NCBI GenBank assembly: GCA_965153285.1
Contig: OZ229112.1
DNA: 64,000 nucleotides
Reading direction: 5' to 3' (one strand)
Origin: Podarcis tiliguerta
Taxonomy: Eukaryota
Numbering within the stretch: position 1 is the stretch's first letter; each line of letters opens with the position of its first letter. The translations under genes were made by a program, and so were the position numbers. Below the pieces are notes generated by a model, which worked only from the letters and a program-made list of their open reading frames with translations, had not been told where the DNA came from and did not search any database. Below, piece after piece: positions 62,001-64,000 of the stretch.

Positions 62001-63035
62001 GGGATGGGAATTTCTTGCTGTGGGTGCTTGTGTGCAACAAGGGTGAGAGCCTGGATGGTTTGCAGAGAAGGGTGAATGATCTTAAGTTACTCAAAAGCCA
62101 CAGAGCGAGAGTTTACTGGCAAGGAATGTGGCCCTCTTTGTGTGAGACACAGAGAGGGGGGGAATGGACTGCCGTAAGTGAAAAATGATGTGGGAATTGT
62201 TGCTAAAACCACTGGTTGTTTAATCTGCATCAATCTGTTGGAATGTATTGTTTGTTTTTACCTGGGTATTTGTTTAATTGGATTAAATATTAAATTGGTT
62301 AAATATTAACTTTAGCAGTTTTGCTTGTTTACCTTATCATACAATTGTTAAGTTGTAACTGCTGTCTGTTGTTTTTCTCTGTTTATTCTTTTACTTTGTT
62401 TCCTGCTCTGCAACTAAAAACATTCAGTGAAGAATGGGCTATAAATATTGTAAAAAAATAAATACATAGGCTCCAATTGCATGGGCTACACTGAAAAAAT
62501 GGAGGGTAAAGATCTGTTCTATGGATCCTACAGGTGTCAGGATATATGCAAACAGAAGGTGGAGGGGAAGTCAGCAGGCATGATCCTACTTTCCTCCATC
62601 TATTTATCTGTATCTGCTTCAAACATTCTGCACAGGGCTGCAATGTATAATAGATCCACTGTGTATGGTTCATCCTACAGGTGTAAACAGAAAAATGTGG
62701 AGGACTTGCAGTGCACAGCTGAATAAAGGAAAGACACAAAATGGGAAAAGGGGGAAATGCTTCACTTCCAATCTGTACATATGTCATAATAGCCTGCCAA
62801 AATCCTGCAACTTTTTATACCACAAATTTCCCACTCTATTTTTGTCCTGCTGTCACTGTGCAAGAGTGCTCCTCCATATAGCAACGATAGTATAACATTG
62901 GGGAAGCTTTGTAGAAAAACTATGGTGTCTCCATGGTCCAGTATAAATCCATCACTAATGCACTATTATTGCATCAATGGTTCCTTTTGAGTAAACCATT
63001 TAGAGGTTCTTTTTACAATCAAGTGGTTCAGAAAC

Positions 63036-63415
63036 TGTGAGTCCTGGATGACCTACTCCCTGCCTTGCAGGCATTTTCCCACCTTGCCAGTGAGAACAGG
63101 GCTCTGACTGACTCCAGCTGCAGAAGCTGAGGCAGCTGATCAAACACTTGGTCTGGGGTATTGTTTAGGAGTTTTTGTTGCTATTGATTTTTTAAATTAT
63201 TTTTAAAGATATTATATCTTTATTTTAGATTTTAGTATGATTTACGTGGCGATCGTTCAGTCTGGTTGTGTATTTTTTGATGTTTTATTTATTTATTGTT
63301 TATGACTGTTTTTCTTATGTTGTAATTGTGTATTTTTTCATGTTGTGAGCTGCCTTGGGCATAGTTTGGACTGTGGAAAGGCGGCATACAAATGAAATTA
63401 TCTATGTATGTAAAT
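63036..63415 (+). mobile_element. Interspersed repeat with L2-like 3' end, copy 2
   Basis: Colinear with 12376-12744; terminal tgtgagctgccttggg...gaaaggcggcatacaaat. Confidence 0.75.
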
Positions 63416-64000
63416 AGAAATAAACATTGCAAATTAAGCCCACAAAATAAGCCCAGGCTGGAGATGCTCCTCTAAAGCTGTGATGCTATTGCTGCATAGG
63501 GCAAGGAGGACATTCCAGACAGTATTTCCCACCATATGTGCAACTATAACAAAGGGGAAGGTGTAAGAGCAGTGAAACCACTCGTTGCAACTCTTTGGGC
63601 AACGTCAGGTAGTATTCCAGGGATTCTTCAAGTCTTGCACTGCTTGGGTTTGCCAGTTTGGGATGATTTGCCTTGCATGAGATTTCAAGCTGGCTGTATT
63701 TACAGGCTTATAGCTTACAGCTAGTTACGGAATAAGGTCAAGAGGTAGAACAGGTCTGAAAATGCATTATTTCTGAGGAGGAATTTGAAAGATAAGGAAG
63801 AGTTCAAACAGCGTAAGTGTTTGAAAAGCAAGTTCCAGGTACAAAAGAAAAACGCAGAGCACAGGCTGAGCTGACAGAGATCAAAGACCTTGAGATGACT
63901 CAAGGTTGAAGAGATACAGCAGTTAAAGACTCAGGTGGGGTGAACAAAGAAACAGAACAAACAACGGCTGCGTAAAGTCAAGGAGACATGAAATGGTAAG

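Overview
Vertebrate genomic DNA, most likely a lacertid lizard (inferred from the Sauria-type SINE, CR1 and hAT-MITE repertoire). The whole window lies inside laminin subunit alpha-2 (LAMA2) on the minus strand. I could read 15 canonical exons, equivalent to human exons 15-29. All have GT-AG boundaries and consistent phases, and their lengths match the human exons as I recall them (112,114,128,87,212,107,181,137,237,144,180,189,134,118,135 nt). They encode the end of L4a, the LEb run of laminin-EGF (LE) repeats, L4b and the start of LEc. The standout is an extra 264-nt, phase 0-0, stop-free exon (30970-31233) between exons 20 and 21, absent from the canonical human protein. It carries exactly 8 Cys and adds one LE repeat with a 33-residue loop between C6 and C7. 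It resembles a duplicate of exon 21, has weak splice sites, and is followed by RBFOX-core and QKI motifs, so it is a candidate regulated 'long' laminin alpha-2 isoform. Smaller oddities: a ninth Cys in an exon-23 LE repeat, a duplicated exon-17 donor region split by a hAT element, and a perfect 20-bp hairpin. Introns hold many SINE, LINE and MITE fragments, and there are two assembly gaps. Most entries in the supplied ORF track are spurious.
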